Shown here piece by piece: positions 37,295-50,267 of a DNA stretch of 64,000 bases. The notes beneath the pieces are model-generated. The model was not told the origin of the DNA. It searched no databases and saw only the letters and a list, made by a program, of their open reading frames with translations. Origin of the DNA: Saccostrea cucullata. Its lineage: Eukaryota. Position 1 is the stretch's first letter, and every line of letters starts with the position of its first letter. The position numbers and the translations under genes were made by a program. Location of the stretch: the NCBI RefSeq assembly GCF_032062105.1, contig NW_026920828.1:186001-250000 (forward strand), in the 5' to 3' direction.

Positions 37295-40200
37295 TCTTCC
37301 CGTTGTCTCCGGTTTCCTGTGCCGTATTACAGTAGAGGACCAGGTATTGATTTGCTGGCTCTGTACTCGTGCGTTGGTTATTGATTCCTCCTCTTTTTAA
37401 CTGTATTGACTTTTTTCCACCGTTACTGTAATGTTGTAATTTCCACATTGTGAGTGAGGGAGACTGTTATCTTCAGTTCTTTGTTATAACTTCTGGAAAC
37501 AGGAAATGATGATGTAAGTACACGTTTTTTAAGTGTACGAGATGCAGGTGGATGGAATTTCATTACAATATCATCAGATGGGAATGCTCCAGACTGTATA
37601 ACACTGTCCGAGCATTACAGATTCACTTGATCAGACAAGTGTTTGGTTTGACTTATCCAGTATAATTATCAAATCCCAGGATAGGGAAGTTAAATGTTCA
37701 CTAGGCTGTATATCTGGGCTCTTAATAGTCTGTGTTTAATCTGTAAACGTGCTACACTGTTAGTCGTGTGACAGGAAAACATTCTCACAGGTCAGGCAGA
37801 TTTTTATATTTTGTTGGAAGTTGATTTTGTGATTTGAGGATAATCTTTATTGTGATCATGCTAGTCAGTTTTAAATATTTCAGTGCAGTATGTTGTAGTT
37901 ACATTTTTTTTCTGACTTCCGTCTGAGATGAGATATAAGTTGACTGACAAGTTTGTATTTCCTGTTGAATGAACATCGGTTTTTTATGCATTCTGTTTAC
38001 ATACTTTAACACTGTAGCACTGTGTACTTACTTCTTTGTGAAGCAATCTGATTTCAGATGCTACATAATGTAGAAAAAAAACTAATATAACATTGTCAGA
38101 TAAAGTCCATGCAGGTCACTCTATGGTTCAATATTTCAATACTTTGACAGGGAGAATTAGTATTAATGCAAAGCCTGTTCTGTATTGATTGGCCACAGAA
38201 TGTTTCTAGTGAATGAAAGTTGCAATACAGAGACATTCAAAATTAGATCATTGATAATGTACAGTTGTATTTATTTCTTTTTTATTGAAGAGAAAAAAAA
38301 AATCTTACTCTTTCTGTTTACATAACAGCAACATGTATAGTGTTATGAACTATTGATTAACTGAAATTTTGCATGGGCAGAAAGTCTCAAGGAGGAATTT
38401 AATGTCTATACGGATCTAAATACAGTACATTTATCTTATTAACAGCAAGACGAGTTGATCCGACAGCTGCAAGAGCAACACTACCAGCAGTACATGCAAC
38501 AAGTGTATCAACAGCAGCTTCTACATCAGCAACAGCAGTACCAACAGATGCATCAACAAGCCAGCAACACAGCACCAGCACCAACACAACCCACACCTGC
38601 CAGTCAACAGATGGCCCCGCCCCCTACCCAACAGCCAGCCAGTCAGCAGAGCGAGGCTCCTCCCCAGACAAACGTTAACTCTAATGTCACGCCTAATGGC
38701 CCAGTGGAAGGGACAACAGAGAAAAAGCCAGAGGGAGAAGGTACTGCATAACTTGATAAATATCACTGATACAATAGTAGTCTTATCAAGTATACTACAT
38801 AAACACTCTTCATCTTTAAGTATAAACTCAACTGGGCCAAAAGCCCAAGGCTTAAAAGAGATTTTATGATCAGAGTTTGCTTTTTTGTTTGTTAAGTTTT
38901 CTGGATTTTATTTCTTAGAGCCAAATTTCAAGCAAACTAAGTCCAATACTTTTTTACTAAAGGGAATTTAAAATGTTTGTGCCCATACCAAGGGAACATA
39001 ATTAATGGTTAAAAATAGGCTATAGCAACCAGTCATGAACTAGGTTAGGACCACAGCAACCAATCATGATCTAGGTTAGGACCACAGCAACCAATCATGA
39101 TTTAGGTTAGGACCACAGCAACCAATCATGATCTAGGTTAGGATCACGGCAACCAATCTTAATCTAGGTTAGGATCATACCAACCAATCTTGATCTAGAT
39201 TAGGACCACAGCAACCAATCATGATCTAGGTTAGGACCATAGCAACCAATCATGATCTAGGTTAGGACCATAGCAACCAATCATGATCTAGGTTAGGTCA
39301 TGATCTAGATTAGGACCACAGCAACTGATCTTAATCTAGGATAGGACCTTAGCAACCAATCATGATCTAGGTTAGGACCATAGCAACCAATCATGATTTA
39401 GTTTAGGACCACAGCAACCAATCATGATCTTGATTAGGACCATAGCAACCAATCATGATTCAGTTTAGGACCATAGCAACATGATCTAGGTTAGAACCAC
39501 AGCAACCAATCATGATTTTGTTTAGGACCATAGCCCATAGCAACCAATCTTGATCTAGATTAGGACTACAGCAACCAATCTGAATAATATTGATTAATAA
39601 TCATTTTAAAAGAAAAATCTGGGCTTTTAAAATCTTGAAGACCAGTATTGATTTTTAGCTCCCAATGAATAAGTACTGTTGAGCTTGTGTCATACCTTTG
39701 GCATAAGCCTCAGTGAACAAGTCAAATTCTTTTGAGCAGGTACAAGATCCAAGTACAAGAGTGTTCTGCTGATGATTAATGAATCTGGAAATGCATAGAA
39801 ATATATAGTGATGCTTTATTTAAGACTCTACAAGTATTCTTTATTTAAGTTATTATATGAGAGGCCTGTTTTAAATAATGATTTTAAAGATGACTTTATT
39901 GTACATACCTTTGGTTTGAGACTTTGCCTTATTTATAGATAACATTCCTGAAGGTGAGCTTCATATCAAATTTGTGATAATCTCAGTTTTAATTTAATGT
40001 TTCAATACATTCAGTTTATCAAGAATTTCTAATGAAAATCTGAGATTTAACAGATTACAGTAAAACACGGTTATAGCAAACATGCTTATAATGAAGTGAT
40101 TTTCATTCCCCTTGACTTTAAAATATTTTGTAAGTGTGTGTAATAGATAATGAATTATGCTTATAGCAAAGTGAAATCGTCCGTCCCTAGCCTTCGATAT

Positions 40201-43200
40201 AAGCATGTTTTACTGTACATTTCCAATAGAGAGACTGTAAGGTATGATTGGGAACTTTTCAGGCCATGTTCCGCCCCCTGCTTTGTTAATGCCCGCCTCT
40301 GTCTGGACTCGTAAGGACATCCAATCATTCAAAGACAGTGTCAAACACTGTCAAGAAAATGTTATTAAGATTGGGTCCCTAGCAACGGCGACTGTGAGTG
40401 CCCTTCAGAATTTTATTGGTGTATCACTGCATGGTTTCCTGGGCCCGCAAGTCTTCAGAATAATACAAGTACTATGCTCTGGATGTATTGTATAAATATG
40501 TTCTTTTTATAATCTCTCAGTCTATAATAGTCTTAAATGATTATTGAAAAGTCGGACCTTTTTCAAAATGTGTTACCTCTAAATATAACTTATAAATTTT
40601 TCTTGTACATTGTGGTCTAACGTTATCTGAAGACTTGCTGGTTTTTCGAGATGCAGAGCATGGTGCAAGTCTCTGGAACTTCCCATCAGGCTTTGCAGGC
40701 ACGTAGAAGAAACCTTTGGCTTTTTTTGTTGGTCTGCTACGTTTCTCACTGATTTTGTAGATGAAATGCCTCCCCTTGCTGCTGCCTCAATGTGGACTCG
40801 TAAAGACATTAAAGAATTTAAAGAATCACTTCAAAAAGATAAGGATTCAGTAATAAAGATAGGGTCTGGAGAGACCGTTACTGTAAGTAGGCAAACCTGG
40901 CAACTCTAACCTGCAATTAGCCTAACCCGCACTTAATATGGTGGCTTTCTGCTAATAATCTAGAAATATGGCTGCTTTTGTAATCACTGAATTGATTTTT
41001 TTTATTAATTAATTGTGAAAAAATTAAATAAGAAAACACTTCTAACATCTTCATTGTGTGTCATTATCTAAAGGGGATTTCTTAGCCTATAACATAATGT
41101 ACAGTTTATATGTCCGCTAAGAGTGTATGATTTGTTGTTATGTGATTTATACAGCACCAAGAGCTGGTCAGAGCTGATCCTTGAAGTCTAAGACATATTA
41201 ATTTAATTACCTTAATTTTACTTTTGACTGTGACTTAGAACCAAGATAGGTTTTTAAATTAGATTAACAGTAGCTTCTTAGCTTCTTTAGCTTCTTAATC
41301 TATCTAACTGGATGCATTTCATATACAAATAATTGTTGTAACTTTCACACTTTTTTATTTTCATCTTTTTCATAACTCTACCTGCTACCCTCATCATCCC
41401 TTTAAAATTAGAATAAGCAGAATAGATATTGCTTTAATTCAATTTAATTAGAAGACTGGGCATTTGATCTCCTACCTCCTTTGTAGCTTCAGATTCCTCT
41501 TTCCGTTTGTGTAAATACTATCATCTCCAGCACCACCTACACTGTAGTTTAGAATTTCTCACTTCAGAATGATTGTGAACTTAATCTATAAAAAAAACAA
41601 AGCTTGAATGAATAAACAAACATCTTTATTATATCACAATTTTACAATTTCTGTATGTCTTTATTATCATTCAATGTTTAACCAAAGCTGACTTGTATGT
41701 AGTCCTTTATGATTTGGGGGAACATTAAAGATTCATATGCTTTAATCCATTCTAGGTAGTCAGCTTTCCATTTTTGAATGAATTTTGCTGTTTATAAATC
41801 CTGTATATAATTTATGTTACTTTTTTTACCTGTATCAGGTGAGAGTGCCCACACATGAGGACGGCACCTGCCTGTTCTGGGAGTTCGCCACGGACTACTA
41901 CGACATCGGGTTCGGTGTTTACTTTGAGTGGACCGTGTCCCCCAGTACTACTGTCAGTGTGACAGTCAGTGAGTCAAGCGATGAGGAGGAATTCGATGAA
42001 GAACAAGGTTTGTATTTTATCTAATTTTGTTTTTTAAGGGGATTAAATTATGCCCCTTTAGTCAAAGATTCGGGGTAGTTTTTGCTCAGTCTGTCTGTCA
42101 GCAAAAACTTCAATCTTACCCATAACTTTTAAGTGGTGTGTGACTATGGCTTTTATGTATCACATCTGAAATTCCCTGTGACAAGATCTTTCTCAGGGTA
42201 CCCAGAGTTTTTGAATAAAAAAAAAATTTACTGGTCAAGTGGATTAGTGATTTAGTGAAATTCACTTGTCCACACAAATATTCACTGGTTCATCAGCATG
42301 CATATTCAAAAAACTGAAAATTATTTTAATTCCAGTTGGGACTTAAAAAATTAATAGGGTCAAACATCCCCGAACAGAATTAACCATGTGTGATGTTTAC
42401 AGTGGCTACCCAAAGTGGCTGTCTACCGCAGAAAACGAAGTTCTAAATGTTGGGGGGAGATGTTTATTGTTACAATAATGGTTATTACTCTTCATATTTA
42501 AGGTAAATGATAATAAAGTTGACATATGTTGTATCCTAAATAAAGCTACAGTTAACTTTTTTTGTACAAATTGAATCAGCTGATAGAAAAAACACAGATA
42601 TTGAAGAAAAAAATCACCCAGGAATGATTTGAATGGGTCTGATTTTCTTTTATGGAATTTATTAGGCCATGGCGCCTCCATTTTATGAAAAACTAGCTGT
42701 CATAAAAGCCCTTGAGTTTATTCTATCATACACACAGATTCAATCCTTTTGACAAACTCACAAAAAAAACTTAACATTCACAGGTTAAGAGGTTAAAATT
42801 CTGGAAGGGTCATTTTTTTTATCGGTCCCTTGGACCAATTACATGAAGAAAATTACCAGTCTTTTGAAATATTTACCAGTTTTGCCGGTGGGACCAGTGG
42901 ATTTCAAAAACTCTGGGTACCACCAAATCTTACCTCTTGACCTTGGAGTTTGACCCACTGTTACCAAAAAATTCCCAACTTTAAATCTGGCCATAACTTT
43001 GGTTATGTTTATATAACATTATATTATACAAGTACTATTTTTGCTTGTAGACACAAAGAATGATGTGGAGCAAGGTGCTAAGAAAGACGACCGTCCACCA
43101 ACTGACGAGATTATTCCGGTTTATCGCCGCGACTGCCACGAGGAGGTGTATTGTGGAAGCCACGCTTACCCAGGCCAGGGCGTGTATCTATTGAAATTTG

Positions 43201-43262
43201 ACAATTCCTACTCCCTGTGGAGATCAAAGACACTGTATTACCGTGTGTATTATAGCAGATAA
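18727..43262 (+). CDS. ACBD3: Golgi resident protein GCP60 / acyl-CoA-binding domain-containing 3 (ACB, coiled-coil, Q-rich and GOLD domains)
   Basis: Exons 18727-18877, 21895-22036 ([14 protein letters not shown]), 28064-28204, 28635-28748, 31508-31595 ([19 protein letters not shown]), 38446-38740 ([16 protein letters not shown]), 39939-39953 (microexon), 40263-40393 OR 40761-40882, 41839-42007 ([26 protein letters not shown]), 43051-43262 ([25 protein letters not shown]). Phases are consistent throughout. Confidence 0.96.
19438..20189. mobile_element. hAT-family MITE
   Basis: TIRs TAGTGATGG / CCATCACTA; exact 8-bp TSD ACATGAAG (19430-19437 and 20190-20197); subterminal AATCGATT motifs. Confidence 0.85.
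20262..21092 (-). mobile_element. HINE-like element interrupted by the Harbinger MITE
   Basis: Terminal hairpin TATACCCC..GGAGGTATA, CAGT microsatellite, internal repeats. Confidence 0.45.
20610..20956. mobile_element. ~345-bp PIF/Harbinger-like MITE, copy 2 (inverted relative to copy 1)
   Basis: GGCC termini, TGA 3-bp TSD; reverse complement of 15768-16112. Confidence 0.75.
23645..27413 (-). mobile_element. ~3.8-kb non-autonomous Helentron-type element in ACBD3 intron 2
   Basis: Terminal hairpin AAGGTCTTCCGTT..AACGGAAGACCTT at 23649; the same CCAACGGAAGACCT motif plus hairpin CTCGTTGC..GCAACGAG and CTAGTT at the other end. Confidence 0.55.
26140..26340 (-). mobile_element. tRNA-derived SINE
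   Basis: - strand shows box A (TAGCGCAGTGA) and box B (GGTTCGAATCCC) followed by a non-tRNA body. Confidence 0.55.
28741..31147 (+). repeat. 50-bp minisatellite (~48 copies) made of the ACBD3 exon 4 end plus its donor site
   Basis: Unit GAGCAAGA|GTAAGTCAAGGGGAGGGGATCAGTGATCTCAAGGTTATAGAG. Confidence 0.95.
31572..33670 (+). repeat. 34-bp minisatellite made of the ACBD3 exon 5 end plus donor, decaying into a 90-bp higher-order repeat
   Basis: Unit CAGTACCCCAACAACAAACAACAA|GTAAGTATAA; 90-bp period at 33321/33411/33501/33591. Confidence 0.92.
33725..34283. mobile_element. CAG-terminated MITE with 6-bp TSD
   Basis: TIRs CAGTGATTGGGAAGG / CCTTCCCAATCACTG, flanked by CTTTGC on both sides. Confidence 0.8.
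35650..37292 (-). mobile_element. HINE/Pearl-like satellite-bearing element, same family as 10986-12270, opposite orientation
   Basis: Hairpin AGGTCACCTGAG..CTCAGGTGACCT, GTC/GTGTC microsatellite, ~170-180-bp repeats, end CTCAGGTGAGCG..GGGCCTCTTGTT. Confidence 0.75.
39020..39580 (+). repeat. 31-bp intronic minisatellite
   Basis: Unit AGCAACCAATCATGATCTAGGTTAGGACCAC, ~17 degenerate copies. Confidence 0.9.
42203..42915. mobile_element. CAG-terminated MITE with 6-bp TSD, nested in an older repeat
   Basis: TIRs CAGAGTTTTTGAA / TTCAAAAACTCTG, flanked by GGTACC on both sides. Confidence 0.8.
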
Positions 43263-46200
43263 ATATTGTTCTGGGAACTCTTATGTGTACTGGCGTGTTG
43301 CCAAATGTGATACCTTAAGCTTTTATGATAGAGTACATTGTGAGAGTGGCCTCGGACTGTCCTCAGTTTCATGGAGAGCTGATTCGGGTCAGCAGTGGTT
43401 CTATGGCTTTATAAGGTTATAGGCTATATGTTATAGCTCTGTGGCTTTTTTTTCGTATAAGGTTTATCTTTTTTGTTTTAGCGATGCCTAAATAATATCC
43501 TGTTAAACTCAGAATTGATTTTATTCTTGCCTGTTGTAAATTAATGGTTCTAGTCTCGGATATGCCGGGGATATTCTGTTTTCAATAAAAAAAGAAAATG
43601 GTATTTCTAAATATTGGACTATATGAAATTTATGAAAAACTATACTTAAACAATTTGGGTCATAAAGTATTCTGCCATTTAATAGTAATTTAATTTAATT
43701 AATGTTTTTTCTGTATTCTTTTCATAAAAAATTCTGTTAGCATTTTTTTTTAATTTGCTTAACATGTGCTATCAAATCATTGTTGTTTATTATGAAATAC
43801 TTGTTGAATTTCAATTCATCATAGATTAAGATCAAATCTTAAGCAGTTATCTCTTATTATGTGGATCTTTGGCATGATGCACATAGGTCTTTGGTTAAAA
43901 TATTAATATATAAATAACCATTTATATAAGGTCAAATGGAAGATAGGGGTTTTCAGGACAATATGTTACACAGAGTTAGGCATTTTATAGCTGATGGGGG
44001 ATTATTAGACATAAAATGTTATCAGTTTCATTTTATCAAGACAATATCTTGAGTTTTTTGTAGAGATAGATATAACAAAGTTATTTATTACCTATTAAGG
44101 GGCAAAAGGTTGACTTATGTTTGACCTGAATTATGACATCTTTGATCCAGATCAAATTCCTGAAAAGGTCACAATCTCATTGCTGTAGTAGATGACCAAG
44201 AATGTTTATCCTTCCAAAAGATCATTGTGAACAGGGGGAAAAGTATTTGAGTTTTTCTGGTCAAAAATTCAGAAATGTTTTGAAGGAATATTTTTCTTGT
44301 CAACATATGATCAATACCAAGGGAATCTTAGATTTTTTACTCTTAATATTATTTGATACTTGGTAAACTAATCAATTTTATTCAACATTTTAATAAAAAG
44401 GAATATATGGTTGAAAAGGGAAATAACCCAATTTTCTTTTTTCAACTTGAAAAATATAAAGCTGATTTCTCTATCTTAATGTGATTTATAGTGTTGTCCA
44501 AGAATTTTTTTAAACTGCCTCTCTATTTACATATCACATTGTTGTTGATAAAATTAATGTAATTGTTCTTTAATATTATCTCATGTTAAAGTATTAAAGG
44601 CCTATTAAGCTGTAAAAAGATTGTATTTCTGAAAATTATGAAATGTAAATTTTTCTATAGTAATATTTGATTGTCTAGATACTTTTTATTAACCAAAAAA
44701 TGTGTATATGCATGTTTAGGATTTAATACATTTGTGATAATTTTTGGCAAGTATTTAATGAAAAATGATGATGAAATACTATTTCCCCTTATAAGAAACA
44801 GCATTGATTTTTCATACATGTATGTAAAGTATGTCATAAATTTGAGTCCTTATAATTAAGAAAATTAAAAAGAAAATTTTTCATCGGAAAGATGCGGATA
44901 GGAGCAATTTTGTTTCCCTACATATATACCATTCTGCAGTCATACACACATTATTCACCAATCAATCTTGGAGTAAATGTATATCCATATTGTATATTGC
45001 ATGAAACACATTTACAAATGTGGCACATTTACTGTGGAATCTCTTTTAAAGTTGTTTGGAGATAATATTAATAACACTGTAGTCAGTTATTTACTGGTGG
45101 GTAAGTGTTGTTCTTTGGATATGAAGTTTTGTTCTTGTTAAGAAGCAGGTTTATCTCCCTTGAGTTTTTTTTAACTGCACTGTACTTTCTAGTTATTTAT
45201 AACACACAACTTTCTCTGGTCACATTTCTACCTTTTGTTTGTTTGTTTTTTTTCTAAATATTTTCAATTTTTCCTTGTATACCTACCTATACATGACTTT
45301 GTTTTAAATAAGATTGACTATATTGTCCGTATGCCTATCAGTGCAGTATTTTTGTACACTGGCCAACAGTGTTGTGACATGTGTGATTGTAAATCCAATG
45401 TTATATATTGTAAATTGTAGTTAATATATTAATGATATGTTGGTCATTACAAGTGAATAATATAAAAATAAATGATTCAAAATTCTAAGTGAGTCATCTT
45501 CTGTAATACTCTATACACTGCAGACTGTTGACATGTTGCTCTACTGAGTTCATTCTGATGTAAATACCAGTACAGAATTCAATCCAGATAGATTCCGTGT
45601 ACTATAGAAAATACGACGATTTCAATGAAGCAGTGCTTTTGTTTGAAATATTTTTGAAAAGAGTTTATGGGTAAAATGGGTGTCATACGATCAGCTAGGT
45701 TCGATCATTAACTCTATGCTCATTCTGATATATCATTTCTGTGATTAAAGTATCTAATGTCAGGATTTAAGGGGAAATAAAGAAGTTGTTATTTTCTATC
45801 GGCGCTTTGAACAGCCATTTATATGAAATATAATAACTGGGTATTTAAATCTTTTGAAAATAATTTCACATCGACACGCACTGGGATGCGATGTAAACTC
45901 TACATTTTCTGAATAATTAGATACCTGTAATTTATATTTCATACATGAATAAAAGACCTAGAAGTGTCACAGAAAATATCCTATTGCTAATTATTTGGGA
46001 GAATACTGATTTCTCGCATTTCATTTTACCGTGGAAAACAATTCGGTAGTGTTGCGGTAAGGCACATTATGAATTAATGTTCCGTCACCAAGGCTTATTG
46101 GACATTAGTTATTATCGGCTGTTGAAGTTGCTCATTAATTACCATGGGAAACTTGTCGATCCATCGATATTTCACAAAAGTGTAACATTTCTCTCTCGAT

Positions 46201-46954
46201 CGGAGAACGAATCGTCTGCATCACCTGTTAAGGATGAAGAGGTATTGATCACTCAGATCTACGTCCGCGACCCTGGAGAGAGAAAGAATCCCGACACTAG
46301 TATGGAATTCAGAACCAAAGGACTCGCCAGACCAGAACGTTTCCGAAACTTGGGGAGCACTTCCATCTAATTATCCTGTAACATTAAGATTCCTCTGTCT
46401 GTGCTTGATTTCACTTCGTGTTTTAAATGTCTGAGGTCGTGGCAAATTTCATTTTTATCTTGATTACTTGTTGATTGGAGCTGGTTTCTTTTGTATCGAT
46501 TGGAGGAATGATGTGTGGGTATATAGCCATTTAATGGAAAGTCTGCTGCCTTTTTCTGTTTGTAGTTTCACCAAATATTACTCAAACATACTATCTGGAT
46601 TTCAAATTAGGCATTGTGTCACCAGGACAAATCTATTAGGCCGCTTTAGTAATAACTTTATTGACTTAGAGAGAAAATCTGTGCGTATCATTACATCCGC
46701 GGGTGATTTCCTTGTGGAGTATTCTAAACACTAGGACCAATATTTACATTCTTATTCTAACCCCGTAAAAATTTGTTTAAGTGAAGCCATCGGTGTGGTT
46801 TAGCCCTCGCCTGACGATCGTTTTATGATATTGGTGTCAGGCCCGATTATTGCTAAATCAATCTATCTTCTGCGATAAAAGGATTCAACGTAAATAAGCG
46901 ACTGACAAGAAGCTCTCGAACAAACCTTTTACTGGAGGGGGCAATATTTCAAAT

Positions 46955-47641
46955 ATGGACGGAAAGTTGAGTGCGGACTTGTTGAAAGTTCACAATGCTA
47001 ATATTAAGAGAGAACACACACCAGAAAAGGGCACGATGGCATCTTCAGCCAGCAACGTGAGCGGTCCAACAACGACCAGACTGAGTATGAAGAGCAGGAT
47101 TCTGGGGGGTGGGGGAGGAGGGAGTCAGGATAGATCGGACAAACACTCGGAAACAAGTAGTAAAATTTCCCTTGTTCCTGGAAACAGATTCTCCAGAATC
47201 CGGACAAAGTTAAGGTTACATACCTTGTTTGGTGGTGCTTTATCAAAACGGTCGGGATCCGAAAGGGGAGGACCGACGAAGGCACTGGAGAATACATACA
47301 AAGTGGGTCCGGAGGACGGGACTAAATTCAATCCTCAAAAAGGAGAACAGATCATTTCTAATGTGCTTAATATGTACTTGAAGGATAGAGTTTACGACGA
47401 GAGAAAGTTTCCACAGTTGTGTAAAACCTTGTCTGATTTAATCAAGGAGCGTGTTAAACTCTCAGGACTCAAACGGTATAAGGTGATAGCGTATGTTATG
47501 GTGTTTGAAAATAAGAAGCAAAGTATTCACTACACGAGCCGGTGTCTTTGGGAATCGAACCTCGACAACTACGCCTCCGCGACGTACAATGGAACTGACT
47601 TCGTTGCCATAGGAACTGTTTTTGCCACTTATTACGACTGA
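46955..47641 (+). CDS. Tctex1 domain-containing protein (TCTEX1D1/DYNLT5-like dynein light chain), intronless, copy 1
   Basis: 228-aa ORF with ENTYK..P, RYKVIAYV, SRCLW...DNYASATY and VFATYYD motifs of the Tctex-1 fold; low-complexity N-terminus. Confidence 0.9.
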   Translation: MDGKLSADLLKVHNANIKREHTPEKGTMASSASNVSGPTTTRLSMKSRILGGGGGGSQDRSDKHSETSSKISLVPGNRFSRIRTKLRLHTLFGGALSKRSGSERGGPTKALENTYKVGPEDGTKFNPQKGEQIISNVLNMYLKDRVYDERKFPQLCKTLSDLIKERVKLSGLKRYKVIAYVMVFENKKQSIHYTSRCLWESNLDNYASATYNGTDFVAIGTVFATYYD

Positions 47642-50267
47642 ATTTAGTGCTGTTTGTGATTAATTAACGGAGGTACACTTCTCTGTCTGGAACACATGAT
47701 CATACTTTACTTGTACAAAATAAAATGTCATTATAGAAAATATACAGTTTTAAAGTATGGAAAGTTTAACTTAAGTTTTAAACGTCAGTGTTTAATTTGC
47801 ATATATAATATTTATTATTTTACAATTATCTTTAAAAATCAATCAAAATTCTAAATAAAAATATCTGAATAATGTTTTAGCTGTTTGGATATACTCGACA
47901 CGCCACGAAATTAAAAAATTCCTACAGTTTGTGACCTGATGTATACCGGTATATTTTTATCAAATTACACATGCCTGCAGTTTTAACTGAAATTGAGAAA
48001 ATAGATGATCCTTTGTTTAAATGAGAGTTGTGAACTTTTTTTGTTTGCATCACGTTTTCTACTGTTGTTGTTGGTTTTACTTTATTTATTTATTTATTTT
48101 TCATTCATGTACTACTTTTTATTATTTAGGATTTTTTCCTCTATTTATATTTTGTTCTTTGTAATAAAAAAAATTGCTTGATTAAATTCACTAGCCGCGT
48201 TCTCCTTTCAAAAGATTGAAGAAAAAAACTTTCAAAAATTGAATGTAACATTGTTAAATTTTTTTAACTTATGGATATTAAGTCATAATTTTAGGTAACT
48301 CTTATACCAACCCTTATGATTTTTTTTTCAATTAATTTAAATCCATAAATTTTTGAAGGATAGAAATAAGGAGAGTCATTTTCGGAAAAAAATCGAACTC
48401 TAGATAATTCAAATATTTAAATCCGCACTTCGCCCAATGTCAAACCAAGCCCTTTTCAGAAGTGACATACTTAACGTTATCTACATGAAAATTTAATTCG
48501 TGTCGACATAAAACTATAATTTTATGTTTATTACATTAAAAAGTGCACACATAAATCATGGATTTAACAGCGGAGAAAATCGAACACTTTACAGTTACCC
48601 GGGAGACTGTTCAGATTAAGAAGGCGATCGTAAAATCATAATTTGTTTGTAAACGACTCGAGCTTTTGGTTTTTAATGCCTCTTCTCGTTTGATCCTTTT
48701 AAATTGATGTAATGTTTGCTGGTCGTCTAAGAAACAGCCCTTGGGAGAAAAGCAATGCCACTCGTTCATCTAAATTGTTTGTTTAGTACGTACATATTAA
48801 AGCATTGTCCTTTTAAAGTTCAACGTTACCGATCTCCATGTGTGTTGATATTTTTATCGCTACTCTCAGTCAGGGAATATTTTTTCTTTGTAAAATAAAA
48901 TATTTTAATATGTAATTTACATGTTCATTTCGTGCTTTTTAATGCCAATCAAAGAGAAGAGAAAACCCTAGCTTGACACACACAAATTAAATCTGTAAAA
49001 ATGCATATCAAGAGCTTTTAATGAACCTATAGTCAAATTTTGGTAATTAAATATGTGTTATTGGTTAAAAATTCAATATATAATAATAAGAATATATCAA
49101 ATTTAAATTATGCTTTATTATTTGTAATATAATAATATAACTAAAGTAATGTCAAATATTATTTACATTTGTTTATTTGCCTGTAAAAGCGCTAACGTTG
49201 GTCTCATTGTTTTAGTTCTAAACATGTTGTACAGCGTGTTTCCCATGTTGGTTACATGTATATATTTGAATCAGTTTTAATAATTATGATCTTTTTTGAT
49301 AAACGCAATCAAAAAAATAATTGTAATTTGTTTTATTACATTTTGCGTTGTCTTCAGTGCAAAAATAAAATAATTCAAAATGTTTCATGTTATTTTTTTT
49401 AAAAAATGTAATAAAAATGTAATAATCTTAAAATCATGTTTTATATTTTGCGTGAAAAATATTTTTTTTGAAATAATGTATAATACAAAATGTAATAACC
49501 CAGGTTTATTACATTTCGCGTTGTTATTATATTTTGCGTTGTAACAGTACCCTGTTTGAGACTTTTATTTTCATGTCATTTTCAAAAGAATCTACACTAA
49601 AAGTGTACCACGGTTCTTTTATACAGTGAAAGATATGATAATTTGAAATATCATTGTAAATACACGTGTAGAAATGACCGGACTTTCTGGCATCCTAACA
49701 CCTGAAAGCAAAATTAAATGAGTTATAAGGGCGCGCTTTTGAATCTGTATGAGCATCCTTGCGCTGTTTAGATTTCTTATTTTCCTTTCCTGTCAGAAAT
49801 TACGCTTTAAGGAAAATCCACCGAAATTAAGAACTGACACAAATCAGATTTTATATTGATCTTTTCGTGAATGATTATTGGCGATATACACACGTTCCAA
49901 GTTAATTATATTTATGGATAGATAAGGAGAGTGTATTATCGGAGTTGTCCATTAGAATCAGGGAAAACATTTACATACGTATTGACAGTTTCTTAGATTA
50001 CTATTCAAACATGCATTCGCTTTGAGAATTTTAAAAGGGCTAATTAAACGTATTATCTCCGATGCGCAGACAGCGAAAATAGCTTTTGTTTTGGTCACTT
50101 GCAATCAATACCTTTGTTTCACTTTTATGAACAAAAGGCGAAGTTCTTTACAATCAGACATATAAAGCAGTCCTCAATACACGAATTAGTCATCGCGCAG
50201 ACGACAAGACAAAGTTTACCAATTCTTCATTATTAAAGTTTGGAATTTTAAAATTCATTATTTTACC

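Noticed and set aside
46077-46734. Short ORFs upstream of the first Tctex1 gene
   Set aside because: No recognisable motifs; probably promoter or 5' UTR sequence.
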